Origin: Macrostomum lignano
Lineage: Eukaryota
Length of the DNA: 64,000 nucleotides
Direction: 5' to 3'
Assembly (NCBI GenBank): GCA_002269645.1
Contig: NIVC01000277.1
Span: forward strand, 104,622-168,621
Shown here piece after piece: positions 11,940 through 23,341 of this stretch (the first letter of the stretch is position 1; every line of letters begins with the position of its first letter). Position numbers and translations under genes: made by a program. The notes beneath the pieces were generated by a model. The model made no database searches. It had not been told where the DNA came from and saw only the letters and a list, made by a program, of their open reading frames with translations.

Positions 11940-12227
11940 TGTGGGATAAACCAAGCTACTGATGGCTACTCAGGGAAACGCTGGTCCACGGTCGGATGGG
12001 CTTGGCTATTAAGAATGGGCTGGGCTACTGAGGGATAAGCTGGGCTACAAAGAAATGGTTACTTTGGGATAGGCTGGGCTATTGTGAGGGGCAGGACTAC
12101 TGTAGTATATGCTGAGCTATTGTGAGAGGCTGGGCTACTGTAGAATATGCTGAGCTATTGTCAGAGGCTAGGCTACTGTAGAATATGCTGAGCTATTGTG
12201 AGAGGCTGGGCTACTGTAGAAGAATAT
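11940..12227. repeat. Degenerate GGCTAC-rich minisatellite (~38 bp)
   Basis: GGCTACTGTAGAATATGCTGAGCTATTGTGAGAGGCTG-like units. Related sequence resumes near 19190-19350, beyond the P element. Confidence 0.8.
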
Positions 12228-12497
12228 GCTCCACCACAGACCATATAGAATATAGACCAGTAAAGTGAAGAAAAAAGTGGGCCATTTCCCCCATAAGAAA
12301 CTGGTCCCTCTCATCCACCCCAGCTCGATCGATATGTGGTACAGGGCGGGCCTCTTTTCCATTGTGCTCCTATTGGACACATGCAATTAAGATACATTTT
12401 TTCTTATTTTTCACATAAAACGCCACGAATATCAAATACATAAAAAGTAATTAAATTTAAGTTGCTAACCCCGAAATGTTCTTCAAAGTCCAAGCTC

Positions 12498-12790
12498 TCA
12501 CAGATAAAGAAAAATTGATGTGCGCAGAAGCTTCTGTCTCCTTCCTGCCTTTCTTAATAAGTGCGACATGTCTTTCCCAATTTTCTTTATGCGAATTCTG
12601 ATGTAAAAAATCATAACTTTCATCAAATGCAGCTTGTGTGACTCAATACCTCTGCTAACAGCTGCTGAATGCAAATCTAATTCAGAGAATAGCGCGCTGG
12701 ACATTCTTAAAGTCTCATGAACAGCGATTGAGCTTGAAAAACAGCTATCAAAGCTGGAGCGGCGAATAATCGTTTCGGCGTTCATCAGAA
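12498..12790 (-). pseudogene. P transposase C-terminal remnant
   Basis: HKLHLMKVMIFYIRIRIKKIGK...RRQKLLRTSIF matches the THAP9/P C-terminal pattern H..LI..I...Y..IR.....K...R.KL.K.ILF. Confidence 0.7.
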
Positions 12791-12867
12791 TACGAAGCCA
12801 CATCTAGAGTCGGGAAAATAAGTCAACCAAGTCCTTCTTCTATCTTCTATCTATCTTCTTCTTCTAA

Positions 12868-13224
12868 TCTAAATATACTAAATCTCTAATATTTGTTTGT
12901 TTGTTTGTATGCTTGAATGTCCATAACGCTCTAGAGACTGCAATTCTTCACCAATTTTGATCGCGTTTTCACCAAAAGATTCAAAATTGTCTGGAAAGAA
13001 GACAGTTAAAATTTCTTGTATCTGCTTTAATGCTAAAGGGATTAAATATTCGAAAAACTGTTTTAAATGGCCTTTTTCAATGCAAATTTTATCAGCGAGA
13101 AACTTCACTGCCAATTTTAATTGATTGCGCCAGAGCGAACTGATAAGAAAACTCACTGGGCCCCACTTAAAGGGGGGCAATAAAAAATTATTCTGGCTGC
13201 TGGCAGCCAGCTCTAATTAGCTAG
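12868..13224 (+). mobile_element. Short non-autonomous Helitron nested in the P element
   Basis: A|TC 5' end followed by (TTTG)n. 3' hairpin CTGGCTGC-TG-GCAGCCAG (13193-13210), then CTAG|T at 13221-13225. A partial second copy follows at ~13325-13460. Confidence 0.75.
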
Positions 13225-14039
13225 TAATTACTCTATTTAAATTGCGCAACCATACCAGGGGTCAAAAAATAAAATTATTCTGAAGGCTAGCAGCGAGCTC
13301 TTTAAGCGTCAAAGATCTATTTTTCGTAACGCTTTACAGACTGCAATTCTTGACCAATTTTGATCGCGTTTTCGCCAAAAGTTTTGTAATTATCTGGAAA
13401 GAGGACAGCTAAAATTTCTTTAATCTGCTTCAATGCTCAAGGTATTAAATATTCGAAAAACAAGTTTATCTAAATGCTTTTAATGGAAGGCCAAGCAGCG
13501 TTGAATTCTTGACTGGCTGAATTCCAATGCTAAATGATTGCGCCACAACTGCGTACTGCATATTCTCGCTATAAACTGACTCTGAGCTTTTCAGCAGGAG
13601 GCAGTGTGCCAAGCATTGCGCAGGCACTCTGGAGGGAGAGAGAAATCAGCCAGTGCATTTTAAAAGTATTGAAATTGAGAGATTTACTTAACTGTGCAAT
13701 GGCTCTGCCAGCACCAAAACTGTGCACACTGCTATGTATTTGACTGCAGTGCCGAAGCATATATGTCTGATTTTTGCGCCCTTCCATCAGTAGGCGGAAT
13801 AGCCGCAGTGTAGGCACTAGGACTAGGTTTAGGCTAGGCGTAAGGTCCAAGGTTCGAGTCCGCCTCCCCGGTGGATAATTAAAATAAGTAAATTCATTCA
13901 TTTGTAGCTTGTGACTCGACTAAATTTAACATATTTTTACTAATTTTAATTGCAAATTTTTTTATTAATTAGCAAATAATTTTTTGCTACTTGGCACAAG
14001 CCACTTATCAAATTTGATTTAAAAAAACTGCTTCGTGTA

Positions 14040-14330
14040 TTACTGATCCCATCAACGAGTACTGCCTCGCACCATGAAAGTATGGAATTGCTATTAAACT
14101 GCAGACCATGCTGTTAAAATTGCTTTTTAAGGTATTGCTAAATTTTGAGCTTTTTAAGAATGCCGATATGTACTGAAAATTGTTTAGTGAGCCGTAAAAT
14201 GCTGAGCACATTTTTAGATTATTGGAAGATTGGAAGATTATTGGAAAGGAGAACAGAAGATGCTGAGGGGAACTGCAGATTGTCAAAGGGATCATTAATG
14301 CAGACTGCAAAGGGAAAAATGGAACAAACT
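14040..14330 (+). pseudogene. Possible degraded CR1/L2-type LINE 3' remnant
   Basis: Stop-ridden frame INEYCLAP*KY...KENRRC*GELQIVKGIIN resembles LEYC..VW.PY and LE.RR.RGDLI..FKII of CR1-clade ORF2. Confidence 0.35.
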
Positions 14331-15069
14331 GCTGAGGTAGTTCCTCCACACTTTTGAGTGCATAACAGCAAACTGTTGAGGGGATTACTATCTACAGAGT
14401 TTAAAGTGGATAATAGCTGTGAATAATTAAGTGCAAGTTGTTGAGTGGATAACTGCGGACTGCTGAGTGAATTATTGTAGTTTGCTGATGTTAATGAAAG
14501 TTGTAGACGGCACAGTGGATATCTGCAGGCTGCTAAGAGTATGACTGCAGTCTGTTTGTGGGATTAGAAGTGATAGCTAATTTCAGGATGTTGTGGAGAT
14601 AACTGCCGATTTCTGGGGGGGGGTAACTTCAAACTGCCGAAGTTACTAAACTTCTTGAATTTAGTTTAAATCTTGAATCTTGAATTAGAAGTTTTAGTAA
14701 CTGCCGAAGTTACTAAACTTCTTGAATAGTATAAGGCTTTCAGCAGAAGGTCGGCAGTTCGAGTCTGTAGTGAAGCAGCGAATTTATCTTTGTGACAATA
14801 ATCATTGTTTCCTATGAGGATTCATGCAAATTGTTAGCATTTTCATTTTGTAGATACTTTTGCTGGGGCTACGCTAAGCTTTAAGAGCAGCGCTAATCGG
14901 GGAGAGCAGTGCTAATCGGATGTATAAAATAAAATAATAAATATGTAGGGGGTTAAAAATCAACTTTAACCTGCAAGTTGACAAAGCATTTCATATGGTT
15001 TCGATTATCCAGAAGCAATATGGCAATAAGCAAAGATTAGTGGCCATCTGCTCACTGATTGTGCAAAAC

Positions 15070-15700
15070 AGTGCTGGTGAATCATTGCTAAACTGCTGGT
15101 GAAGCATTGTTAAACTGCTGGTGAAGCATTGCTAAACTGCTGGTGAACCAGTGCTGAAATGCTGGTGAACCATTGCTAAACTGCTGGTGAAGCATTGTTA
15201 AACTACTGGTGAAGCATTACTGAAATGCTGGTGAACCATAGCTAATGCAAACTGCTGGTGAAGCATTGCTAAACTGCTGGTGAACCATTGTTGAAATGCT
15301 GGTAAAGCATTGCTGAATGCTGGTGAACCATTGCTGAAATGCTGGTGAAGCATTGCTAAACTGCTGGAGAACAATTGCTGAAATGCTGGTGAACCATTGC
15401 TGAAATGCTGGTGAACCATTGCTAAAACTGCTGGTGAAGCATTGCTAAACTGCTGGTGAACCATTGTTGAAATGCTGGTGAACCATTGTTGAAATGCTGG
15501 TGAACCATAGCTAATGCAAACTGCTGGTGAAGCATTGCTAAACTGCTGGTGAACCATTGCTGAAATGCTTGTGAACCATTTCTGAAATGCTGGTGAAGCT
15601 TTGCTAAACTGCTGGTGAACCATTGCTAAACTTCTGGTGAACAATTGCTAAACTGCTGGTGAACCATTGCTAAAATGCTGGTAAACCATTGCTAAACTGC
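15070..15700. repeat. ~22-bp minisatellite
   Basis: TGCTGGTGAA(G/C)CATTGCT(A/G)AA(C/A) units. Confidence 0.92.
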
Positions 15701-15889
15701 AGAAAGCTATGGTAAAATATTGTAATTTTTTATTAAAAACTTTTAAAGAGAAAAAAACGCAACGCAAGAAAAAGCGAACAAGAATCATCATATCAATCAT
15801 AAATGAAGCGCCCTGTCGAACGTAAAAGTCTCATCGGGAATTGCTTAGACTGTTAAGACTGCTAAGACTATTGCTACGAGCATAATGCT

Positions 15890-16980
15890 GGTATGGGAAA
15901 TTGCTGTGATATCAAGACTCTCGGTAGAATTTATAAGATCTCAAGGCTCAGAGGGAATTGCTATAATTATGTCATTCTGGGGAGAATTGCTTTGATTTCA
16001 AGTTTCATTTGTGAAATTGCTGAAATAAATTGTTGAAATGCAAGTGCCAAGATATCAAAAGGTTAGTCACTCAATTTTCAGGCTCATGGGGAAATTGCTA
16101 ACATTTCCAAAGCTCATTGGGGAATTGCTGAAATTCTACTACAAGGGTTATGGTTTTGGTTCAATTATAGAGCGATCGTCGTGACAATCATTAATGATCC
16201 ATCGAGGAGTTGCTAAGATTAAATGCTCTTGGGGGGGAACTTAAATGCTTTGGCTCTACTACGGGGAATTGCTGACAGGTCAAGGCTTTCGGTGAAATTC
16301 TGATTACAAAGCTTATTTATGAGGAAGTTACTTTAATGCTGAGGCTCAAGGCTTATGGTGGAAATTGCCAACACGCCAAGACTCACTTATGGGTTAGGGT
16401 GACCATTAATTAAAGACTTGTTTAGATATAATCAAAGTTCATTGTGGAATCGCTCTGTTGACAAAGCTCATAAAGAAATTGCTGAGTTATCAAGGCTTAT
16501 AAGGGTATTGCTGAATTCTTGGGAAAAGGGAGTTGGGTTGTTGGTATGTCAAGGCTTACTGCGCTGGGAGAATTGCGTGATGTCAAGGCTCGAGTTTAAT
16601 TGCTGTGATGTCGAGGCTTAATGGGATAACTGCTGAGATGTCAAGGCTTACTGGGGGAATTGCTGAGATGTCAAGGCTTACCGGGGGGCAATTGCTGAGA
16701 TCTCAGAGCTTATGGGGGGAATTTCTGAGATCTCAAGGCTTACTAAGGGAATTGCTGATATGTCAAGGCTTACTGGGGAAATGCTGAGATGTCAAGTCTT
16801 ACTGAGAATTGCTAAGATTTCAATGCTTACTGGGGGAAAGCTGAGATTTCAAGGCTTACTGGAGCAATTGCTGAGATCTCAAGGCTTACTGGGGGAATTG
16901 CTGATATGCCAAGGCTTACTGGGGAATTGCTGAGATGTTAAGGCTTACAGGGGAATTGCTGATATGTAAAGGCTCATGGA
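15890..16980. repeat. ~29-bp degenerate minisatellite
   Basis: GGGGAATTGCTGAGATGTCAAGGCTTACT units, best conserved at 16600-16970. Two related units occur near 43440-43500. Confidence 0.88.
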
Positions 16981-17589
16981 CGATGGCTGAATTTTGGGGG
17001 GGGGGGGTTACTAGGTTATTGGGCGATTGTCAGATAGTCAGGTAGTACGGCTCAAGTAGCTCATGTAATTCAGATAATGAAAAAAACACAGAAGTGATGC
17101 TGATTTCTGCTAATAGGAAATACCAGCGCATTTATTAAATGTTTGATTCTTTGATTTAGGCTAATAAACAGAGAGGGTCTAAGGCCGTCAGGGATTTGCA
17201 TTTTGAGCTCCTGCTGCGGATCAGAATATGCCCCGGCCAGTGACGATATTCACTAAGAGTTTGTGCTTGAACGGATAAGCACTATTTGCTGATTGAGAAA
17301 GGGTTTTGGGCTGATGAAGGAAACTTTTTGGCTAATGAAAGTTCTGATTCATGGCAACTTATTTTTTCAAACGTGAGAAAAGGTAATTTTTGATTAATGA
17401 AAATAAACATTTTGGATAATTATAGTAAGGTTGCTGTTGTGCCAAAATAAAAACCAATTGGTGTCATTTTCAAGGCTCCCCAGAGGGGGGCTAAATGGCT
17501 AGTCTCTCTTCTAAACGTTCTTCATTGAGCATCAGGGAGAAAAAAATGTGAGGGCTAATTTTTCCTTCGCTTGATAGCAGGGCGGATCT

Positions 17590-18180
17590 ACACGGCACCG
17601 AAGGCAGTTTCCAGTAGTTCTTCAGCCCTAAAGCCATCAAAACAAGTGCAGATGATGCTTCCTGTTCGCTTACATGTACGTTCCCATCGCCCTTATCGAC
17701 AAAGCCAAGGAACCTGCCCTCGAAATCGCTCCATTCAACCAGGACTCCAGGGACATCTCGTCTGCTACAATGTTGCTGTAGTCAAGGGCTTGGCCATTGG
17801 CTGAGCTGCGGCGACGTGATAGTCGTTGAAATGCTTGGACACAGAATCCTGGAAGGCACAGCAAACTTGAGATCCATTTTCGTAAAGACGATGGATGCGG
17901 AAGCTGGAAAAACTTTCTCACGTATTTGTATGCCTTAGGACTGTAATAGTGCAACGTGGAAGCAAATCGCCGAACTTCAGGAGGAAATTTTTATCCTCTT
18001 GTTTTTGGTTGGCACTAGACAGCTCAATAATGAATGCAGAAACTGCAGACGGGATGCTGCAGCTTTGTCCACAATATTCTTTGCCTGCAGCACTTTCACA
18101 ATTTTAGTCAGTGACTTCGGACTTCGACCGCGCCTTTAGTCGCTGGTGCTTCTTGTTCAGCGCCCTGAGCACAGCAATAG
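17590..18180 (-). pseudogene. P transposase N-terminal/core remnant
   Basis: KFPPEVRRFASTLHYYSPKAYKYVRKFFQLPHPSSLRKW...PG, then IVADEMSL (first catalytic D) and ALVLMALGLKNYWKLP. Frameshifted, and truncated after WKLP. Confidence 0.88.
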
Positions 18181-18519
18181 TTGCCACACTTTCTGGCGCT
18201 TTTCTCTTTTCTTGATACACTAGAAGCTGGCTGCATGGATAATTTTGCAAGGAAATATTTATTTTGCCTCCTTGGGGTTTTAAAACTCCTTATAATAAGT
18301 AAATTTCAAGCACTGGCCCGCTTCAAAAACTTGCACTTGCCCATTTTTTGTCCCACATATCGATCGAAGTTGAGGCTTTGGGGGAAGGACCATTTTTTGT
18401 GTTGCTTTTTTGTCCCAAAACGCGCCTGGGCAGGCCCCCGAGATTTGCAGTCTATATTCTATATGGTCTGTGGCTCCACCATCTCCTTGGGGAAGATGGA
18501 TGCTATGGGGAGGGTAAGA

Positions 18520-19185
18520 GGGTACGGAGAGCGTAGGGACAGGGAGTTTATAGAGGTCATGGGGGAAAGCATAGGGAGGGTATGGAGGGCAAGGGGAGGG
18601 TATAGAGGGCAAGGGGAGGGTATAGAGGGCAAGGGGAGGGTATAGAGGGCAAGGGGAGGGTATGGGGGGCAAGGTGAGGGTATGGAGGGCAAGGGGAGGG
18701 TATAGAGGCCATAGGAAGGGTAGGCAGGGCATGGGGGAAGGTATGGATGGCAAAGGGAGGGTATGGAGGGCAAGGTGAGAGTATGAAAGGCAAGGGGAGG
18801 GTATGGAGGACAAGGGGAAGATATGGATGGCAAAGGGAGGGTATAGAGGGCAAGGGGAGGGTATGGAGGGCAAGGGGAGGGTACGGGGGCAAGAGAGAGT
18901 ACAGAGGGTAAGGGGAGGGTATGGAGGGCAAAAGAGAAAGTGTAGAGAGCAGGGGAGGGTATGGAGAGCATAGGGACAGGGAGGGTATAGAGGCTATAGG
19001 GAGGGTAGGGAAGGCATAGGGAGGTTATGGAGGGCAAATTTAAGGTATGGAGAGTGTAGAGAGGGTACAAATGGCAAGGGGAGGGTATGGAGGGCAAGGG
19101 TAGGGTATGGAGGAGGGCAAAATGGAGATTATAGAGGGTAACTGGGTAATGAGAGGGTATAGAGGGCATAGGGAGGGTATGCAGT
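18520..19185. repeat. 20-bp purine-rich minisatellite
   Basis: AGGGTAT(A/G)GAGGGCAAGGGG units. The Pro/Leu-rich minus-strand ORFs here are repeat artefacts. Confidence 0.92.
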
Positions 19186-20734
19186 GCTGAGCTACTATGG
19201 GATAGGCTAGGCTATTATGAGCTAGGCAGGGCTACTATGGGATCGACTAGGCTACTATAGAATATGCTAAGCTACTGGGGGATAAGCTAATCTTCTATGA
19301 GATGCTAGGCTACTGATACTGTGAGAAAGGTTAGGCTATTATGGGAAAGGCTAAATAAGCTCAATTAAAATCTAAATGATAAGCTAGTCTACTAAAGTAT
19401 AGTCAAATAAAAAAGTGTGTAAATGAAAATTATAAAATCTAAATAATAATTTATAAAACAGAATTTTCATTCAAACAAACCATAAAATAATAGCAATAGT
19501 TGTATAAGCCCTAGCTACAGTAGAATAGATAGCTACAAAATAGATAATAGCCAAGTCCATACTAGTTCACACTATATTAATAATAAATGCAGAGCTACTT
19601 TCAAAATTTTGGTCTATACTAGGCTTAGTGCCTATCTGCTATAAATACTAGATCTTTAATAGTACAAACAGTATCATTTATTGTAATAATAGCAATTAGC
19701 TAGTCATTAGGCCTACTGCAAACAAGGTAGCTATTGAAAAATATATTATTGAATGGAACTTTTTTTTACTTAAAAGATTAAGTCCAATAGGTCTATAAAA
19801 CTAAAAGCCATATAACTTATATAAGCAAAATGTATACAACTGCTGGGCCTATCTGTATTAAATCAGTAATCACATTCATAATTGTTCGTCTTAGACCTTG
19901 GAAAGCAATGATAAATAATATAGCATGCGGCATTCTTACACGTGCGCGCGCGCTTAAATCGCTACTAAACAATTTTAAATTGACGCGACAACGAAAGAGC
20001 TTTCAACTCCCGTCGGTCCCATTCAAATATATTAGAGTCCGATTAGAAGGGACAGAAAACACGCCGAGATGACATGCGACATGTCGTTTGTTTGATGCAA
20101 TCGTATAAACAGGGTGTACCTTTTTCAATGATCTAATCGGTGCCATACGGGTGGCGTGCGCTCGCTAGAGACAAACATAAGCCGTGAACCACGGTACTCC
20201 AAAAGAAAGCTTCTTCGACTTATACTTTTATTTCCGATGATAGCCTTGAGGCTGCAACCATTGTTTAAGAAGACATAACAAATATTAAAACGAATATAAA
20301 ATTAAAAAGACAGGTAGCATGACGACACTAATATTAAAACGAAACTGTTAATATGATACTACCATTAAAACAACGCTACTGGTAAAACGACACTATTATT
20401 AAAACGACACTACCATTAAAACAACGCTTCTATTAAAACGACACTATTATACCTTTTCAACTTCGGTTTCGTCAAAAGTGAGTTCAAGTTCGTCAGCGTA
20501 TGCAAAACTATATGGCGCTCAAGGGGAAGAGAATGAGTGTCTATGGTAAATTTTTAGAGAAAGTGACTTCGAATTCGTCTAAGTAAGTGAAATTCGTCAG
20601 TGCAAATACAGCCTGATCAGAAAAATTTCTGCTTTGTCCATGGTAAGAAAAGAAGTTGTTTATGGTAAATTTAAGTAAAAAGTGAGTAAATTTCGTCTGT
20701 GGAAAAGTAGCCCAATTTCCTGAAATCTTTATTT

Positions 20735-22946
20735 TGATGTAACCGCCCTTGTCGCCTGTCCGCTCCTATTAAGAGACGAACGCTTGGCTAGAGGGGGCAA
20801 TGACCGTAGGCTGCCTATGACCGGGCAATGACCTGACGGACCTCCAGCACCAGACTGTCCCGCCCACACGATTAGTAGCTTTGGTAGCGCTTCGTGACCA
20901 GAGGGCCAAGGACCCACATGGACCCCACCTGTAGCCAAGGTGCAATAGTTGGTCACTCGGTCATCGTATGACCGAGTGGCTGCCACCACTCTATGTGACC
21001 TGGCGCACCTGGATCTTTCTACCAGACCTCTCGAGGCTAGAGCCCCGCCTGGATTGGTTACCAGGGGATTTAGGCTAACAGGGGAGACGCATGCAGCCGA
21101 GTACAGGGACTCTGCTTGGGGCATGATCGGGAACTCTGGGCTCAATCCTGGAGGATTTCTCAGCAGGGGATCCTTTGTGGCTGTGAGCGAGGCTGACTTG
21201 CGACTTTGATTACTAAGAGTAGTATGAGGCGAACATGTACTGTCTACAGTTTAGATTGCTCAGGGCGAAGGGACGCGTCAGCATGGGGTTGCAACCTTCC
21301 TACTGCCATTCTGTGCCAAGACTCGCTAATCCCTCTACTGCACGCACACGCGGCCCCGCAGCACGCACTCACAGGCGGGCTTTGCACGGGGTGAGGCCAT
21401 TAGCTTACCCAAACTTCCTTATGCTTTGCCACCCCGGGAGAAAGGCTTAGCAAGCCATGAGTGAAATGATGGTGAAAGATTGAATAATGATGAAGTTAGT
21501 TAATAGTTAATAAAATAATTAGCCCTTAAGCGAATAATCAGGCAATTAGGCGGCTTCACTATTGAGTAAAATACAGCAAAAGATACGGTATCACAATTGG
21601 CTCAGCTCTCTAATCAGACAATGGAAAATAGGCAAACCCCGGATAAGCAAAGGCAATTAGAGCACAAATTAGTAACAGGAACTTACCGGCAGCTGCACAG
21701 AGAGAGAGAGAGAGAGGCGGAGTGACCGAGGGCGGCTGTAGGCTGCAGTCAGGCAGACAGTGAAGCGGCGATGCGCTGGAGCGACGAGGCGCTGATGTAG
21801 ATCAGGCGATGCTGATGATGCTGGGCGGTATCAGACCGCTGGCCGATAGGCGAGCTCACTTGGGGAGCTAAGGATAACTTGGCGGTAACAGACCGCGGAC
21901 CGGCAGGGATTCGTCTTATAGACGAATGGGTCAGAACTCAATCTGACAGCAAGTCCAAAGAAGGACGAGGAGAGGAAAAGGTTGAGGATTCTCATGCCGA
22001 AATCGCTTCCTTTTATAGACCTCACAGCCGCCTCCTCAAGGTCGTTACCATGGCTCCCTCTCTCTGATTGGCTGCCGGCAGAATGACGTCAGAATGAGTC
22101 ATGATGAGAAGCATGAGACCGGCATAGCAACATGAGAAATAGGGAAATTGCGCAATCCGGAGGTGGGGTGGGGGGATAATTGGCGCAGCGGGTGGTCGCA
22201 AAAGTGTTGCGCAAGCAAACATTGAGAACAATAGGGCTGGGGTCGAGAACAAAGGAATTGGAAATCGGGGATAATTGGGGAAAACTGAGAACAATGGAAA
22301 AGTAAACATTGGAGAAAAGGTGATAATTAGGTGCGAAAACGAGAACAAAAGAAAGAGAAAATCGGAGAAAATGTGATAATTGGTGGGGGTCGAGAGAACA
22401 AAAGAATCAAAAACGAGAACAATAGAAGCGGAGGTGGGGTGGGTGTCGCATGAGAAATTTGGGGAGGAGAACAATGGCCTGAGAAAAGGTTGCGCAAGAG
22501 AGGGGGATGAGTCATCGATGAGTCATCGGGGGGAAGAAGGGGTCACACGACTTGCGTCACCGTTTGGGAGTTTGGGAGGGGATGGGGAGACGGTGAGCAC
22601 ACGAAATACTGTAAGTAGACACAGAGAAGGAGGGGACAGCGCAGGAAAAGAGTGCAGAGAGAGACAAAAAGAGGGGGAAAGGGAGAGTACAAGAATAGGG
22701 TGGAGTGCAGGGGAGATAAGGTAGAGGGGAGGGTACAGAGAGGGACAGGGAGCTCCGGAAAGGCAGGTGTGGCGGCAGGGGTGACGGAACCAAGGCAGTA
22801 GGAGGGGTGCAGCAGAGCGGGAGTCTCCAGGCCTGGGCGGAGACCTGGCCGAGTCTCGACAGCTCTGTGCAGAGGGTGCACGGGATAGGAGGCACTTTCG
22901 AAAAAGTTCCCATGCCCTATCCCGCGACCAGAGCGTGGTTACATCA
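20735..22946 (-). mobile_element. Solo LTR (2212 bp), probably Gypsy-type, inserted in the left TIR of copy B
   Basis: Perfect 10-bp inverted ends TGATGTAACC...GGTTACATCA. 4-bp TSD ATTT (20731-20734, 22947-22950). Removing it restores an exact counterpart of the right TIR. No coding domain or internal direct repeat seen. Confidence 0.8.
22011..22101 (-). promoter_or_regulatory. LTR promoter cluster: AP-1, CRE, CCAAT, TATA
   Basis: In minus-strand order: TGACTCA (22095-22101), TGACGTCA (22084-22091), CCAAT within 22064-22074, and TATAAAA (22011-22017). Two further TGAGTCA sites lie near 22508-22527. Confidence 0.6.
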
Positions 22947-22966
22947 ATTTCATGCTTTGATTGTTG

Positions 22967-23341
22967 TCAGAGATGCCCTAAACGACAACAAACAGCCAAT
23001 GTAACGCACAAAGTCCTGTCAAGCCGACGACTGATTGCCTGCGTTGCCACAGCAGGAGCAGCAGGAAAATCTGCAACAAGCTTTTGCTGCATTTCTTCGA
23101 GGGTCACAGTCGGCTTCCCTTCCACATACCTCGTCAACGCCCCGAGCATCTCCTCAGAAAACTTTGGTCTCACTGCACCTCCACGCGCGTTGAGATTAAT
23201 CCTACCCTTATCAACATATCTCCTGACGATGTCACTGGCAGTTGTCCTCTTGATATCCAGTTCAATTGCGAGTTGTCTCCAGTCTCGTCCTTGTTGAAAA
23301 CATCGCACGAGTCTACAGCGATCCACAGACGAAATTCTCAT
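22967..23341 (-). CDS. Intact 124-aa HTH-only transposase-derived ORF
   Basis: MRISSVDRCRLVRCFQQGRDWRQLAIELDIKRTTA...RGGAVRPKF...KPTVTLEEM...QAISRRLDRTLCVTL. About 60% identical to copy A by manual alignment. The stop lies inside the TIR. Confidence 0.75.
   Translation of the reverse strand: MRISSVDRCRLVRCFQQGRDWRQLAIELDIKRTTASDIVRRYVDKGRINLNARGGAVRPKFSEEMLGALTRYVEGKPTVTLEEMQQKLVADFPAAPAVATQAISRRLDRTLCVTLAVCCRLGHL

Larger units (their letters stand above)
12235..18472 (-). mobile_element. P-element (THAP9-like) DNA transposon, non-autonomous, 6.2 kb
   Basis: Perfect 23-bp TIRs CACAGACCATATAGAATATAGAC (12235-12257, 18450-18472). 7-bp TSD GCTCCAC (12228-12234, 18473-18479). Transposase N- and C-terminal remnants lie near the two ends. 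Confidence 0.9.

Noticed and set aside
13800-13870. B-box GGTTCGAGTCC (a similar one near 14757) suggesting a tRNA
   Set aside because: No cloverleaf could be folded. At most a degraded SINE head.
15198-16933. Repetitive ORFs (MVHQQFS..., MSRLTG...)
   Set aside because: Minisatellite translations.
18280-19169. Pro/Leu/Tyr-rich extensin-like ORFs
   Set aside because: Antisense translations of the purine-rich minisatellite.
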